This document shows, piece after piece, positions 30,013 through 39,333 of a stretch of DNA of 64,000 nucleotides. The stretch's first letter is position 1; each line of letters begins with the position of its first letter. The notes beneath the pieces were generated by a model. The model had not been told where the DNA came from. It searched no databases and worked only from the letters and a program-made list of their open reading frames with translations. The stretch is from an uncultured delta proteobacterium (lineage in GTDB: Bacteria > Desulfobacterota > Binatia > Binatales > Binataceae), in assembly GCA_963794325.1 (NCBI GenBank), contig CAWCDG010000007.1:192001-256000 (forward strand), written 5' to 3'. The translations under genes and the position numbers were made by a program.

Positions 30013-30888
30013 TCACTGCAGGCCGTCCCAGATTTGGATCAGGACGCCGAAGGCTGAACTGGGCGAGATGAAATATTGACGCTCGCCGCGCCAGTTACGC
30101 TTTTCGTCCACCACGCGGATGCCGTCGCGCTTGAGCTTCTCGCGCGTCTCGTCGAAATTTTTGAGATCGATCGACACGTGATGCATCCCCTCGCCGTAGC
30201 GCGCGATGAACTTGCCGACGAAGTCGTGGTCGGGCTTGTGCGTCGGGCTCTGGATGAATTCCAGCTTGAACCCCGCGACTTCAAGATGGCCGAGGTCGAA
30301 GTTGCCTTCGGAATTGCTGGTGTGAATCTCGTGGCTGATTTTCGTGCCCGGGAAGTAGCTCGTGAAGAACTTGTAGGCCGCGCTGATGTCCTTGACGGCG
30401 AGCGACACGTGATCGAAATGCGCCAGGCCGTCGGGCGCCGGCTTCGGATGCGCCTGTTCCCAATTTGGCGTGTGCCAGAACTGGATCAGCGCGCCGAAAG
30501 CCGATCGCGGCGAGATGAACGCGGTCGCCGAACCAGACTCGTACTTCTGCTCGTCCACGACGCGCACTCCACCTGCCTTGAGATTGGCGACGAGTCGGTC
30601 GAGGCCGTCAGTCTCGATCGACAAATGATGCATCCCCTCGCCGTGCCGCTCGATGAATTTCGTCACGAAGCCGGGCTTGCCGACTGGGTCCTCGATCAGC
30701 TCGACGACAAACCCGCCGAGATGGAAATCCTGCCAATAGAACGATCCGCTGACCTGCTCGTCGAGCGATTTGGCGCCGCGCAATTTGATTGGAAAATACT
30801 TTGCGAAGAAATCGTATGCGCGGTCGATGGACTTCACCGCGATCGAAACATGATCGAACCTCAAGCGAACGTCGTCAGTCACAGCCAT
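30013..30888 (-). CDS. Tandem two-domain VOC (methylmalonyl-CoA epimerase-like) protein
   Basis: Two repeats of FDHVS.AVK...EL/FI...FV.KFI.R.GEGMHH.SI...FISP.SAFG.LIQ. Confidence 0.88.
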   Translation of the reverse strand: MAVTDDVRLRFDHVSIAVKSIDRAYDFFAKYFPIKLRGAKSLDEQVSGSFYWQDFHLGGFVVELIEDPVGKPGFVTKFIERHGEGMHHLSIETDGLDRLVANLKAGGVRVVDEQKYESGSATAFISPRSAFGALIQFWHTPNWEQAHPKPAPDGLAHFDHVSLAVKDISAAYKFFTSYFPGTKISHEIHTSNSEGNFDLGHLEVAGFKLEFIQSPTHKPDHDFVGKFIARYGEGMHHVSIDLKNFDETREKLKRDGIRVVDEKRNWRGERQYFISPSSAFGVLIQIWDGLQ

Positions 30889-31056
30889 TCTGAAATGAAT
30901 CTCCTTCGACAAAAATGTGCGCCCTATTTCGATGCGCGTCCCGGGCGGAAGCGCCACAGTAGCCGGAACGAGTTGCGCAAAACCAGCGGCCATCCATTGG
31001 CAATTTTCCCGGCATAAACGCGAACCGACTGGTCGATGTGCGACATCGCCGGCACG

Positions 31057-31719
31057 TCAAAGAAATTCGAGCCTCGCGTCAAGCCGATCGCCGCCGTCAA
31101 TCGTGCGTACAACTATATAGCCGCCGCCCTTGAACGGCCCCGCATTGAAAATCTGCGTCGGACCAATCCGATCTACGCCGGCGGATTCGTGGATGTGCCC
31201 CGAGATGCAAACGTCGGGTTTCACCTCTTCGATAAATTGGCGCGCGGCGGTGCTGCCCACCGGCTGGCCGCTGCGGATTCGATCGCATTTGGTGTCGAAC
31301 GGCGGCGGATGACAAATCATCAGGAGCGGCCGCACGTCGCGGACGGCGTCGTAGCCGGCGCGCAGCGTCGCGTAGATCTCGTCCTCGGTGAACTCCAGCG
31401 GCGTGCCGAACGGCGAAATGTTAGACCCGCCGCATCCGAAGATTCCGACCCCGTCTTTCACGAGCCCCTTGCCATGGAGCGCGATTCCGTCCTCTTCCAG
31501 AAACGGGATCACCTCGCGCTGATCGAGATTGCCAGGCAACGCAAGCACCGCGGGACACGCGCTGCGAACGTCGGTAATCACCTTGCGCGCATCATCGATG
31601 CCGCCGAAGTTGGTGAGGTCTCCCGACAGAATCACCAGATCGCAATCGCGCATCACCTCGCCCATCCGGTCGAGATTGCGAGTCGCCATGTGCACGTCAC
31701 CGAAGGAGATGATCTTCAT
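31057..31719 (-). CDS. Calcineurin-like metallophosphoesterase
   Basis: GDVH, SGDLT, PGNLD, HPPP, GHIHE. Confidence 0.9.
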   Translation of the reverse strand: MKIISFGDVHMATRNLDRMGEVMRDCDLVILSGDLTNFGGIDDARKVITDVRSACPAVLALPGNLDQREVIPFLEEDGIALHGKGLVKDGVGIFGCGGSNISPFGTPLEFTEDEIYATLRAGYDAVRDVRPLLMICHPPPFDTKCDRIRSGQPVGSTAARQFIEEVKPDVCISGHIHESAGVDRIGPTQIFNAGPFKGGGYIVVRTIDGGDRLDARLEFL

Positions 31720-31731
31720 AGGAACTAGTCG

Positions 31732-31800
31732 ACTTTATTGTAATGAAACCCGCGGTGGGTTTCATACTTCCTTCGGCAGGGGTGACCCCTGCACCCGGTG
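31732..31800. repeat. Repeat family B, copy 3
   Basis: ACTTTATTGTAATGAAACCCGCGGTGGGTTTCAT..GGCAGGGGTGACCCCTGCACCCGGT. Confidence 0.9.
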
Positions 31801-31877
31801 ATAAGAGAAAGATGCAGGACTTCGTCCCTGTTAGAAGTTAGTAGGAAAGAGAGCCGCGCCTTTTCTCCGCGATTGTT

Positions 31878-31913
31878 CCCCTTCCCTCGAGGGAAGGGGT
31901 TAGGGGTTAGGTT
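31878..31913 (-). repeat. Repeat family A
   Basis: CCCCTTCCCTCGAGGGAAGGGGTTAGGGGTTAGGTT. Confidence 0.92.
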
Positions 31914-31984
31914 GTTTGCTTCGACCACCACGTTGCTTGCGCGCCGCTCTTCCCTTGCGACGACCGGAACCGCATAACCAGAGG

Positions 31985-32752
31985 ATGTCCTCGCCAGATA
32001 AATTCGCCTTCGTGCTCTATCGCCCTCAATCCGCCGGCAATATCGGCGCGGTGGCGCGGGCGCTCAAGAATATGGGGTTCGACGATCTTCGCCTGGTCGG
32101 ACGCGGTCCATTGAACGATCGCGACGCGGTCAAGATGGCGGTGCATGCCGACGACATCCTCGCCAGCGCGACGGTCTATCCTAATCTCGCCGATGCGCTT
32201 GCGGATTGCTCTCTTGCGGTCGGCACCACCAGCCGCCGCGGCGGTTATCGCAGCCGCGCGACTCCGCTCCGCGCTGCGGCAGCGGAATTCGACCGGCTGG
32301 CAAGCGCGAACAAAATCGCGATCGTCTTTGGCCGCGAAGATCGCGGGCTGACTAATCGCGAACTCAAACTGTGCCATCGCCTGGTCACGATTCCCACCGC
32401 GCCCGAGTATCCATCGCTCAACCTCGCGCAGGCGGTGATGGTCGTCGCATACGAGCTCATGATGGCCGCAAATCCGGCAGGTGAATCCGCCCGCCCGCCC
32501 GAGTTCGTTGCCGCGTTAGTGAGCGATCCGATGCTCGAGCGGCTGGGCGAGGCGTTGGTCTCGATCGGTTTTATTCCCAACGACAACCCGGACCATATCA
32601 TGCTCGCGATCCGCGAGATCTTCGGACGCAGCGGCTTGACCTCGCGCGAGGTCGAGATTCTCAACGGGATGGCGCGGCAGATGCGATGGGTTGCCGAAGG
32701 GGGGCATCGCACAATTGCGGAGAAGCGCCGCGCGGGCAGGAAACTGCGATAA
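31985..32752 (+). CDS. trmJ: SPOUT tRNA methyltransferase TrmJ/LasT family
   Basis: GNIGAVARALKNMG, VFGREDRGLTN.EL, SLNLAQAV, REVEILNG. Confidence 0.9.
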   Translation: MSSPDKFAFVLYRPQSAGNIGAVARALKNMGFDDLRLVGRGPLNDRDAVKMAVHADDILASATVYPNLADALADCSLAVGTTSRRGGYRSRATPLRAAAAEFDRLASANKIAIVFGREDRGLTNRELKLCHRLVTIPTAPEYPSLNLAQAVMVVAYELMMAANPAGESARPPEFVAALVSDPMLERLGEALVSIGFIPNDNPDHIMLAIREIFGRSGLTSREVEILNGMARQMRWVAEGGHRTIAEKRRAGRKLR

Positions 32753-32807
32753 CGGTTTCCACACGCGATGCCGATACGCGATAATCGCGTGAAGACGTGA
32801 ACAGAGA

Positions 32808-33074
32808 ATGGCCGAGATAATCGATTTTGCGGAGATCCAGAAGGCGCGGCGAAAAGCTCGCGCGCGCATCCCCGAGCGCGAAAACCTCGAGCGCGCGGTG
32901 CAATTGATGCGTGAGAATCTCGCGGCAGTTGCCGCGGAGCTTGCCGACGCGCCGCGCGAACAGCAGGCCGAATTGTTGACGCGAGTCGAACGGCTGGCCG
33001 CGATGATTCGCTACGGAATGCGAATGCTCGGCGATTTGGTTCCCTCGCCCCACGAGGGGAGAGGGTTAGGGTGA
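32808..33074 (+). CDS. Small helical hypothetical protein
   Basis: MAEIIDF start and typical codon usage; its last ~12 codons and stop lie inside a family C repeat. Confidence 0.65.
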   Translation: MAEIIDFAEIQKARRKARARIPERENLERAVQLMRENLAAVAAELADAPREQQAELLTRVERLAAMIRYGMRMLGDLVPSPHEGRGLG

Positions 33075-33145
33075 GGGACGATTGTGCGGAGCCGTTGTCT
33101 GTTGCGCCGCACATTAGGAATCTCGGAAAATTTGGTCCCCCACCC
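33038..33145 (-). repeat. Repeat family C, copy 2 (truncated)
   Basis: Reverse complement aligns with 29890-29993 (GGGACCAAATTT...TGTGCGGCGCAAC.AGACAA...CCCTCACCCTAACCCTCTCCCC.CGTGGGGCGAGGGAACC). Confidence 0.85.
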
Positions 33146-33165
33146 AACGTTCAGAAGTGGCAAGA

Positions 33166-33201
33166 AACCTAACCCCTAACCCCTTCCCTCGAGGGAAGGG
33201 G
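33166..33201 (+). repeat. Repeat family A
   Basis: AACCTAACCCCTAACCCCTTCCCTCGAGGGAAGGGG. Confidence 0.92.
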
Positions 33202-33258
33202 AATAATCGCGTTTAGAGTTCAACCGCGGTTGGCGTTCGCTAGAGCTCGAATTCAACG

Positions 33259-33909
33259 ATGGACGAGGGAGTAACTCTCAGAATTACCGGCGTTGAGCCG
33301 GGGGACGAGATCGCGGGGGCGCGCAAGGTCACTATCAACACGACGCGCGGCGCGATTCCGCTCGTGCTGCATTCCGCGGCGGAGAAGGGGCGCGCCGTTT
33401 TGTGCGTCAGCGGCGCGATCGGCGGATTCGACGGTCCCTCGATGCTCTATCCGCGGCTGGGGCTGGAGATGCCCAAGCGCGGACTCACGATCGCACGGCT
33501 CGATTATCGCGCGCCCAACGAGTTCGGCGAATGCCTGGTTGATGCGATGGCGGCGTTGACGTTCCTCGGCGGCATCGGGAATCAGCGAGTCGCGTTGATT
33601 GGGCATTCGTTCGGCGGCGCGGTCGCTATCAATGCGGGCACGCTGAGTCCGATTGTCACGACCGTGATTGCGCTGTCAAGCCAGCTCGCTGGCGCGCATG
33701 TCGCAGGCGAGCTGGCGCCCAAGCCATTGCTGCTGATTCACGGCAGCGCGGACACGATTCTCTCCCATGAAAGTTCGCAGGCGCTTTACGATCGCGCGGG
33801 CGAGCCGAAGACGATCAAGATTTTGCCAGGTGTGGGGCACGGATTAGCGGAGTCGCGAGACGAAGTATTCGCGCTAGTCAGCGACTGGCTGTTGCAGCAA
33901 CTACACTGA
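33259..33909 (+). CDS. Alpha/beta hydrolase
   Basis: GHSFGG, IHGSAD, GVGH catalytic triad motifs. Confidence 0.88.
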   Translation: MDEGVTLRITGVEPGDEIAGARKVTINTTRGAIPLVLHSAAEKGRAVLCVSGAIGGFDGPSMLYPRLGLEMPKRGLTIARLDYRAPNEFGECLVDAMAALTFLGGIGNQRVALIGHSFGGAVAINAGTLSPIVTTVIALSSQLAGAHVAGELAPKPLLLIHGSADTILSHESSQALYDRAGEPKTIKILPGVGHGLAESRDEVFALVSDWLLQQLH

Positions 33910-33917
33910 TTTCTGAT

Positions 33918-34081
33918 TCCCTCCCCCATTGTGGGGGGAGGGTTAGGGTGGGGGACAATATGGCGCGCGATTGTCTGTTGCGCGCCATGCTCCTTTCGCA
34001 ATGAGGAAATTCAGAAGCTAAGGTCCCCCACCCGCCGCTCGCGGACGAGCGTCGGCCTCCACCCACGAACGGGGGAGGCGA
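33918..34081 (-). repeat. Repeat family C, copy 3
   Basis: Reverse complement contains GCCGACGCTCGTCCGCGAGCGGCGGGTGGGGGACC, GCGCAACAGACAATCGCGCGCC and CCCCACCCTAACCCTCCCCCC. Confidence 0.85.
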
Positions 34082-34131
34082 GGAGTAGGAAATGCTTCAC
34101 TCCAGTAGGTGCGTCGCGATACAATCGCCCG

Positions 34132-35136
34132 ATGGCTAATGGACAACGAATTGCGTTGATTGGTGCGACGGGAGCCGTCGGCCAGACCACGCTGAAAATC
34201 CTCGAGCAGCGGAACTTTCCGGTTCGCGAGCTGCGCGCCTACGCGTCGGCGCGGTCGGCGGGCAAGACCGTCACGTTCGCCGGCGAGTCGATACCGGTTG
34301 AGAAACTGGACGCCAACTCGTTCAAGGGAATCGATATCGTCCTGTTCTCGGCGGGATCCGAGCAATCGCGCGAGTTCGCGCCGATCGCGGTCAAGGCCGG
34401 CGCTGTCGTAATCGACAAGTCGAATGCGTTTCGAATGGACCCCGACGTGCCGCTGGTGGTGCCCGAGATCAACTCCGCCGCCGCTAGAAATCATAAGGGT
34501 ATTCTCGCATGCCCGAACTGCACGACAATCATCACCGTGATGCCGCTGAAACCGCTGCATGACCTTGGGCGGCTGAAGCGAGTCGTCGCGACCAGCTTCC
34601 AGGCCGTGTCGGGTGCGGGCGTGAACGGCGTTGCTGAGCTGACCGAGCAGACGATGGCGTGGTCGAAGGACGAGCCAATCAAGGCGAAGTATTTTCAGCA
34701 TCAGATTGCCTTCAACCTCATTCCGCATATCGACAAATTCGTCGAGGGCGGGTACACCGGCGAGGAAATCAAGCTGGTCAACGAAATTCGCAAGATCCTC
34801 GACCAGCCCGACTTGCTTATTTCGCCGACCACGGTGAGGGTGCCGGTCTTCACCGCGCATTCGATTTCCATCAACGCCGAAACCGAGACGAAGATCGCGG
34901 CGGCCGACGCGCGCGAGGCGTTCGCGAATTTCCCGGGAATCCGGCTCTACGACGATCCCGCGCAGAATCGCTATCCGATGCCGATCATCGTCGAGGGCCA
35001 GGACGATTGCTTCGTCGGCCGAATCCGCGAGGACCTGAGCTGTCCCAACGCGCTGAACTTCTGGGTGGTGGGCGACCAGTTGCGCAAGGGCGCCGCGCTC
35101 AACGGCGTCCAGATTGCGGAACTGCTGATCGGCTAG
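34132..35136 (+). CDS. asd: Aspartate-semialdehyde dehydrogenase
   Basis: GATGAVG, FRMDPDVPLVVPEIN, PNCTT, QAVSGAG, RVPVFTAHS, DQLRKGAALN. Confidence 0.96.
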   Translation: MANGQRIALIGATGAVGQTTLKILEQRNFPVRELRAYASARSAGKTVTFAGESIPVEKLDANSFKGIDIVLFSAGSEQSREFAPIAVKAGAVVIDKSNAFRMDPDVPLVVPEINSAAARNHKGILACPNCTTIITVMPLKPLHDLGRLKRVVATSFQAVSGAGVNGVAELTEQTMAWSKDEPIKAKYFQHQIAFNLIPHIDKFVEGGYTGEEIKLVNEIRKILDQPDLLISPTTVRVPVFTAHSISINAETETKIAAADAREAFANFPGIRLYDDPAQNRYPMPIIVEGQDDCFVGRIREDLSCPNALNFWVVGDQLRKGAALNGVQIAELLIG

Positions 35137-35162
35137 CGCGCGATCTCAAAGATCGCCGCCCG

Positions 35163-36536
35163 TCACGGCATCGGGATGGCCGTGCTGACCGGATTCCACT
35201 GCGTGGCGCCGGTCGGACTTCCACCCAGTACGGGCGCTGACAGATCGACGCGAACCAGGAACAGCGGCGGCTGCGGATCATGATCGTTGGCCCACGAATG
35301 ATAGTACGGATCCGTGTCCGCCAGCATGTAGGCCAGATTATTATTCACATCGACTGACAACGTGTTCGGATCGCCGACAATACCCAGTTGGGTCGGCGTG
35401 CCGCTGACGTCTCCCATTGGAATCAGCCCGGCGCAAATCGTAAAGACCGACGCTGCGTCCGGTTGGGTGCCGCTTCCCGGCTGTCCATTGTTGTCGAGCG
35501 CACCTGGCACGCTCGTGGCCGGCAGATGAATCATTTTCAGATTCTGGCCGAATTCGTCGCTGATAACCCCCTGATGGGTGGCTGCGTTGACGACCGTCTG
35601 TCCGCCCGGCCCTTCGCCAGTCGGTGGGAGAACTCCAAGTCCGTTGAATCCGATGCTCAGTGCAGTCGCCGGCGTCACGGCGGTATCCAGCGTTCCGAAG
35701 TTGAACGCGTTGCCGTGGTCCTCGCCGACCTCATCGGATTGCAACAGGATGTTGGTCGTGGGATCGAATCCGACTCCGTCCGCTATAGACTCGGTGCCTT
35801 CGAAGGATTGCACGACCAGCGGAAGCGTCCCGATATTCGTTATCTCGTTCGTTCCGTCAGTCGAGATGAACAAAATGCCGGTCGTTGGGTTCAGCGAGAT
35901 CGAATCGGTACCGGCCACCGAGACCACCGATGCGGCGTTGAAGACCGGCGGTTCCACCGACGTATCCATCAGACCGATCGTTGAGGTTCCGGCCACCACC
36001 AGCAGGTTACGCACGGGATCGGCAATCACTCCGCCGAAGCGGTTCGAGTTGGTGATCCCAGGGCAGGGAATTGTGTTGATGATCGCCTGGGTCGTCGTGT
36101 TGATCTCAAAGATGCTGACTGAGCCGTCAGCGAGGGTTCCTTCCGCATACACGCGGCCGTTCTTCTGATTGAAGGCTCCTCCGGTCGGCACCACCACGTT
36201 CGACAGTTCGAGAAGCTTGATGACCGGATTGGCCGCACCGATCGCCAGGTTGACAACCGCCAACTGCGAACTACCGGGAACCGCGGCAGGATTGATCCGC
36301 GCTCCTCCTCCGCCGCTGAGCGTATAGATCGGCACGTAACCGACATTGTTCGCCGTGTCGATCGCGATAAGACCCTGACCCGTGGCGCTGCTCGGCGGCG
36401 GTGTCGGGGTAGCAGTAGGTCGGTGCTTGGTAGTAGTCGAACAAGACGCGCAGGGATCGCATCCCGCTGTGTAGAGTGACATCCCCGCAATCCCGATTAA
36501 CAAACAGACAACCAGCCCCGCCCATCGAGAGGTCAT
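35163..36536 (-). CDS. Putative lipoprotein / secreted beta-propeller-like protein
   Basis: Hydrophobic signal ending TAGC, CDPCASC cluster, PTATPTPP linker, beta-rich repeats (AID/ADP/LNP/FDP/SVD); AGGAG SD. Confidence 0.65.
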   Translation of the reverse strand: MTSRWAGLVVCLLIGIAGMSLYTAGCDPCASCSTTTKHRPTATPTPPPSSATGQGLIAIDTANNVGYVPIYTLSGGGGARINPAAVPGSSQLAVVNLAIGAANPVIKLLELSNVVVPTGGAFNQKNGRVYAEGTLADGSVSIFEINTTTQAIINTIPCPGITNSNRFGGVIADPVRNLLVVAGTSTIGLMDTSVEPPVFNAASVVSVAGTDSISLNPTTGILFISTDGTNEITNIGTLPLVVQSFEGTESIADGVGFDPTTNILLQSDEVGEDHGNAFNFGTLDTAVTPATALSIGFNGLGVLPPTGEGPGGQTVVNAATHQGVISDEFGQNLKMIHLPATSVPGALDNNGQPGSGTQPDAASVFTICAGLIPMGDVSGTPTQLGIVGDPNTLSVDVNNNLAYMLADTDPYYHSWANDHDPQPPLFLVRVDLSAPVLGGSPTGATQWNPVSTAIPMP

Positions 36537-36691
36537 AGTCGATCTCCTACTGCTTTGTCGCAAAATCCGCAGTACGGCTCTGCGAGATTCGATTTCCCAC
36601 CCGGAACTCCCCCAAAACTGGGGCGACCATAGACAAATGCACGCGCAGTAGCAAGCGAATTCTACATTCGCCTGACCGATTGGTTTGTCGA

Positions 36692-36721
36692 TTGACAACG
36701 CACGCGCTCGCATATTACGCT
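36692..36721 (+). promoter_or_regulatory. Sigma70-type promoter for the riboswitch operon
   Basis: TTGACA-N18-TACGCT about 20 nt upstream of the SAM-I aptamer. Confidence 0.5.
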
Positions 36722-36743
36722 TAGCCAACTGCAAACGATTGCA

Positions 36744-36863
36744 GCCTTATCGAGAGCGGCGGAGGGACATGGCCCGCTGATGCCGCAGCAACCGGCCCGC
36801 GATGGGTGCTGGTGCTAACTCCTGCAGGGAACCTCCGCGTGAGAGTCCCCTGGAAGATAAGGC
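36744..36863 (+). ncRNA. SAM-I (S-box) riboswitch
   Basis: P1 GCCTTATC...GATAAGGC; GAGAG-GGCGGAGGGA-TGGCCC-TGA-GCC-CAGCAACC; GGTGCTAACTCC; CAG...CTG P4; lies upstream of sulfur amino acid genes. Confidence 0.93.
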
Positions 36864-36965
36864 GAGAGTATTAAGCCCTCGTCTCACCGTCCTCGCAGGA
36901 TTTGTCACCGACCACATCGGCCCTGACCGCGTTGCACTCTCGACCGGCGGGAGAATCGCGAGGAA

Positions 36966-37700
36966 GTGGGAAACGATCGAATACTGATTGTTGGCGTCGG
37001 AGGACTTGGCGTCCCCGCATTATGGTCGCTGGCGCGGGCCGGCGCGCAACGCCTGACGCTCGTCGATCCCGACCCGGTCGAAGTTTCGAATCTCGCGCGC
37101 CAGGTGATCTATCACGGTCGCGATATCGGCGCGCCGAAGGTTGAAGCTGCGGCTCGATGGCTCGGCGAGCGGTTCCCAGCCGTTCACGTCGAGACGCGTC
37201 CGGTTGCGCTCGACGAATCCAACGCGGCGTGTCTGGTCGCGGAACACGATTTTGTAATCGACGCGACGGACAGTCCAGTCGCGAAATTTCTCATCAACGA
37301 CACGTGTATCGCGGCGCGGACGTCGTTCGTTTATGGCGGCGTAGTCGGGATGACCGGGCAGGCGATGACGGTGATTCCCACCGCGACGGCTTGCATCCGA
37401 TGCGTGTTCGAGGCTCCGCCTGATGAAAGCGAAATCCAGAGTTGCCGCGAGGCGGGAATCGTCGGTCCGGTCGCGGGCGCGATTGGCGAGATGCAGGCGG
37501 GCGAGGCGATGTGCGCCTTGCGCGCGCAAAGACCGTTACTCTCAGGAAAAATTCTCACATACGACGCGTCCCGGGTAAGCCGGGTGCGTATTACGTCGGT
37601 TAGCCCGCGCCAGGGATGCGACTGCGGCGCGTGGAAACAGAAACGCGAGCATCACGAAATCGCGAGCGGCGGGCAAGTAACAGAATCGAGGACACGATGA
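36966..37700 (+). CDS. ThiF/MoeB-family adenylyltransferase lacking the N-terminal RYSRQ helix (ThiF-A)
   Basis: GVGGLG, DPDPVEVSNLARQ, PKV, DATD, CIRC, SCREAG, CDC; an in-frame stop at 36924 rules out an N-terminal extension. Confidence 0.88.
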   Translation: MGNDRILIVGVGGLGVPALWSLARAGAQRLTLVDPDPVEVSNLARQVIYHGRDIGAPKVEAAARWLGERFPAVHVETRPVALDESNAACLVAEHDFVIDATDSPVAKFLINDTCIAARTSFVYGGVVGMTGQAMTVIPTATACIRCVFEAPPDESEIQSCREAGIVGPVAGAIGEMQAGEAMCALRAQRPLLSGKILTYDASRVSRVRITSVSPRQGCDCGAWKQKREHHEIASGGQVTESRTR

Positions 37701-38965
37701 GCTACATCACAAATCTGAAATGTCGCGAGTGCGGCCAGGAGTATCCGATAAGTCCGCTCCACGTCTGCGAGACCTGCTTCGGTCCGCTCGAAGTGACCTA
37801 CGACTACGCGCGCATTCGCGCGGCGATCTCGCGCTCGATAATCGAGAAACGTCCGCACAATCTGTGGCGCTATCGCGAATTGCTGCCGGTCGATTTCAAC
37901 GAGAACGATGTCGTCGGCCCGAACTCCGGCTTCACTCCGCTTCTGCATTGCAAACGCCTTGGCGCGGAACTCGGCCTCAAGCATCTCTATATAAAAGACG
38001 ACACCGTCAACCATCCGACCCTGTCGTACAAGGACCGCGTCGTGTCGGTGTCGATTACCAAGGCGCGCGAGTTCGGCTTCACCACCGTGTCGTGCGCAAG
38101 CACCGGCAACCTGGCGACGGCGGTCGCGGCACACGCGGCGCGCGCGGGCCTGCAATGCTACATCTTCATGCCCACTGGCGTGGAGGCGGGAAAAGTCGTC
38201 GGCTCGACGATTTACGGCGCCAAGGTGATAACGATTCGCGGCAACTACGACGACGTCAACCGGCTCTGCAGCGAAATCGCGGACAAGTACGGGTGGGCCT
38301 TCGTCAATATCAACCTGCGGCCGTTCTATACCGAAGGCGCGAAGACTTTCGGCTTCGAAGTCGCGGAGCAGCTCGGCTGGCGCCTGCCGGATCATATCGT
38401 TGTACCGACTGCGGGCGGGACGATTCTGCCGAAGATCGCGAAAGCATTTAAGGAGATGAAAGAAGTCGGGTTGATCAAGACCGGCGAGTTCAAAATTCAT
38501 TCCGCGCAGGCCGCCGGCTCCGCGCCCGTAATTCACGCGCTGCACAAGCATACCGACCTGATAACGCCGGTGAAGCCCGACACCATCGCGAAGTCGATCG
38601 CGATCGGAAATCCCGCCGACGGCTTCTACGTGCTCAAGGCGGTGCGTGATTCCGGCGGATGGGGCGACGTCGCCACCGACCCGGAAATCATCGATGCGAT
38701 CAAGCTGCTCGCGCGCACCGAGGGAATCTTCGCCGAGCCCGCCGGCGGCACCACGCTCGCGGTTGCGCTCAAGCTCGTCAAGCAGGGGCGCATCAAGCCC
38801 GACGAAACCGTGGTCGTGTCGATCACCGGCAACGGCTACAAAACACTCGAAGCGGTAGCGAGCGCGATCGAGCAGCCGTCAATAATCGACGCGCGCCTGA
38901 AAGATTTCGACGCGTTGTTCGATCGGCTAACCAATGGAAAACGCACCGCCGACAGCGCCGCATAG
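37697..38965 (+). CDS. Threonine synthase-like PLP enzyme; probable sulfur-carrier-dependent homocysteine synthase (MetM-like)
   Basis: N-terminal CxxC..CxxC, LWRYRELLP, PTLSYKDR (PLP Lys), ASTGN, ITGNGYK; SAM riboswitch and adjacent sulfur carrier support the functional call. Confidence 0.8.
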   Translation: MSYITNLKCRECGQEYPISPLHVCETCFGPLEVTYDYARIRAAISRSIIEKRPHNLWRYRELLPVDFNENDVVGPNSGFTPLLHCKRLGAELGLKHLYIKDDTVNHPTLSYKDRVVSVSITKAREFGFTTVSCASTGNLATAVAAHAARAGLQCYIFMPTGVEAGKVVGSTIYGAKVITIRGNYDDVNRLCSEIADKYGWAFVNINLRPFYTEGAKTFGFEVAEQLGWRLPDHIVVPTAGGTILPKIAKAFKEMKEVGLIKTGEFKIHSAQAAGSAPVIHALHKHTDLITPVKPDTIAKSIAIGNPADGFYVLKAVRDSGGWGDVATDPEIIDAIKLLARTEGIFAEPAGGTTLAVALKLVKQGRIKPDETVVVSITGNGYKTLEAVASAIEQPSIIDARLKDFDALFDRLTNGKRTADSAA

Positions 38966-39035
38966 GCTCTGCGGTTGTCTCGGCTACGAGGCGAGCATAG
39001 TTCTAAAAGTTCAAACAGGAGGTTAGTCCCCCATC

Positions 39036-39314
39036 ATGGCAGTACGCGTCAGAGTTCCAACCCCACTTCGCAGGTTTACTGCCGGCGTCGATGAAGTCCC
39101 GGCCGACGGTGCGTCGATCAAGGCGGTGATCGAAGATCTCGAACGGCGTCATCCCGGGATGCGCGAGCGGCTGCTCGATGAAAAAGGCGACATCCGCCGC
39201 TTCGTAAATATTTATCTCAACGGCGACGACGTCCGCTTTCTCGATGCGATCAACTCCAAGGTAAAGGATGGCGACGACATCTCAATCGTTCCCGCGATTG
39301 CCGGCGGACGCTGA
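39036..39314 (+). CDS. MoaD/ThiS/CysO-like ubiquitin-fold sulfur carrier (ends GG-R)
   Basis: VRVPTPLR, RRFVNIYLNGDDVRF, ISIVPAIAGGR; AGGAGG SD. Confidence 0.93.
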   Translation: MAVRVRVPTPLRRFTAGVDEVPADGASIKAVIEDLERRHPGMRERLLDEKGDIRRFVNIYLNGDDVRFLDAINSKVKDGDDISIVPAIAGGR

Positions 39315-39333
39315 CCTCGGCGCGCCGGTCGAC

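Noticed and set aside
29618-30016. 132-aa ORF between the VOC and HAD genes
   Set aside because: It largely overlaps the family C repeat and has no protein-like features.
37697-38965. Plain thrC annotation
   Set aside because: The fold fits, but SAM riboswitch control and the adjacent sulfur carrier argue for a sulfur-incorporating paralog, so the gene symbol is withheld.
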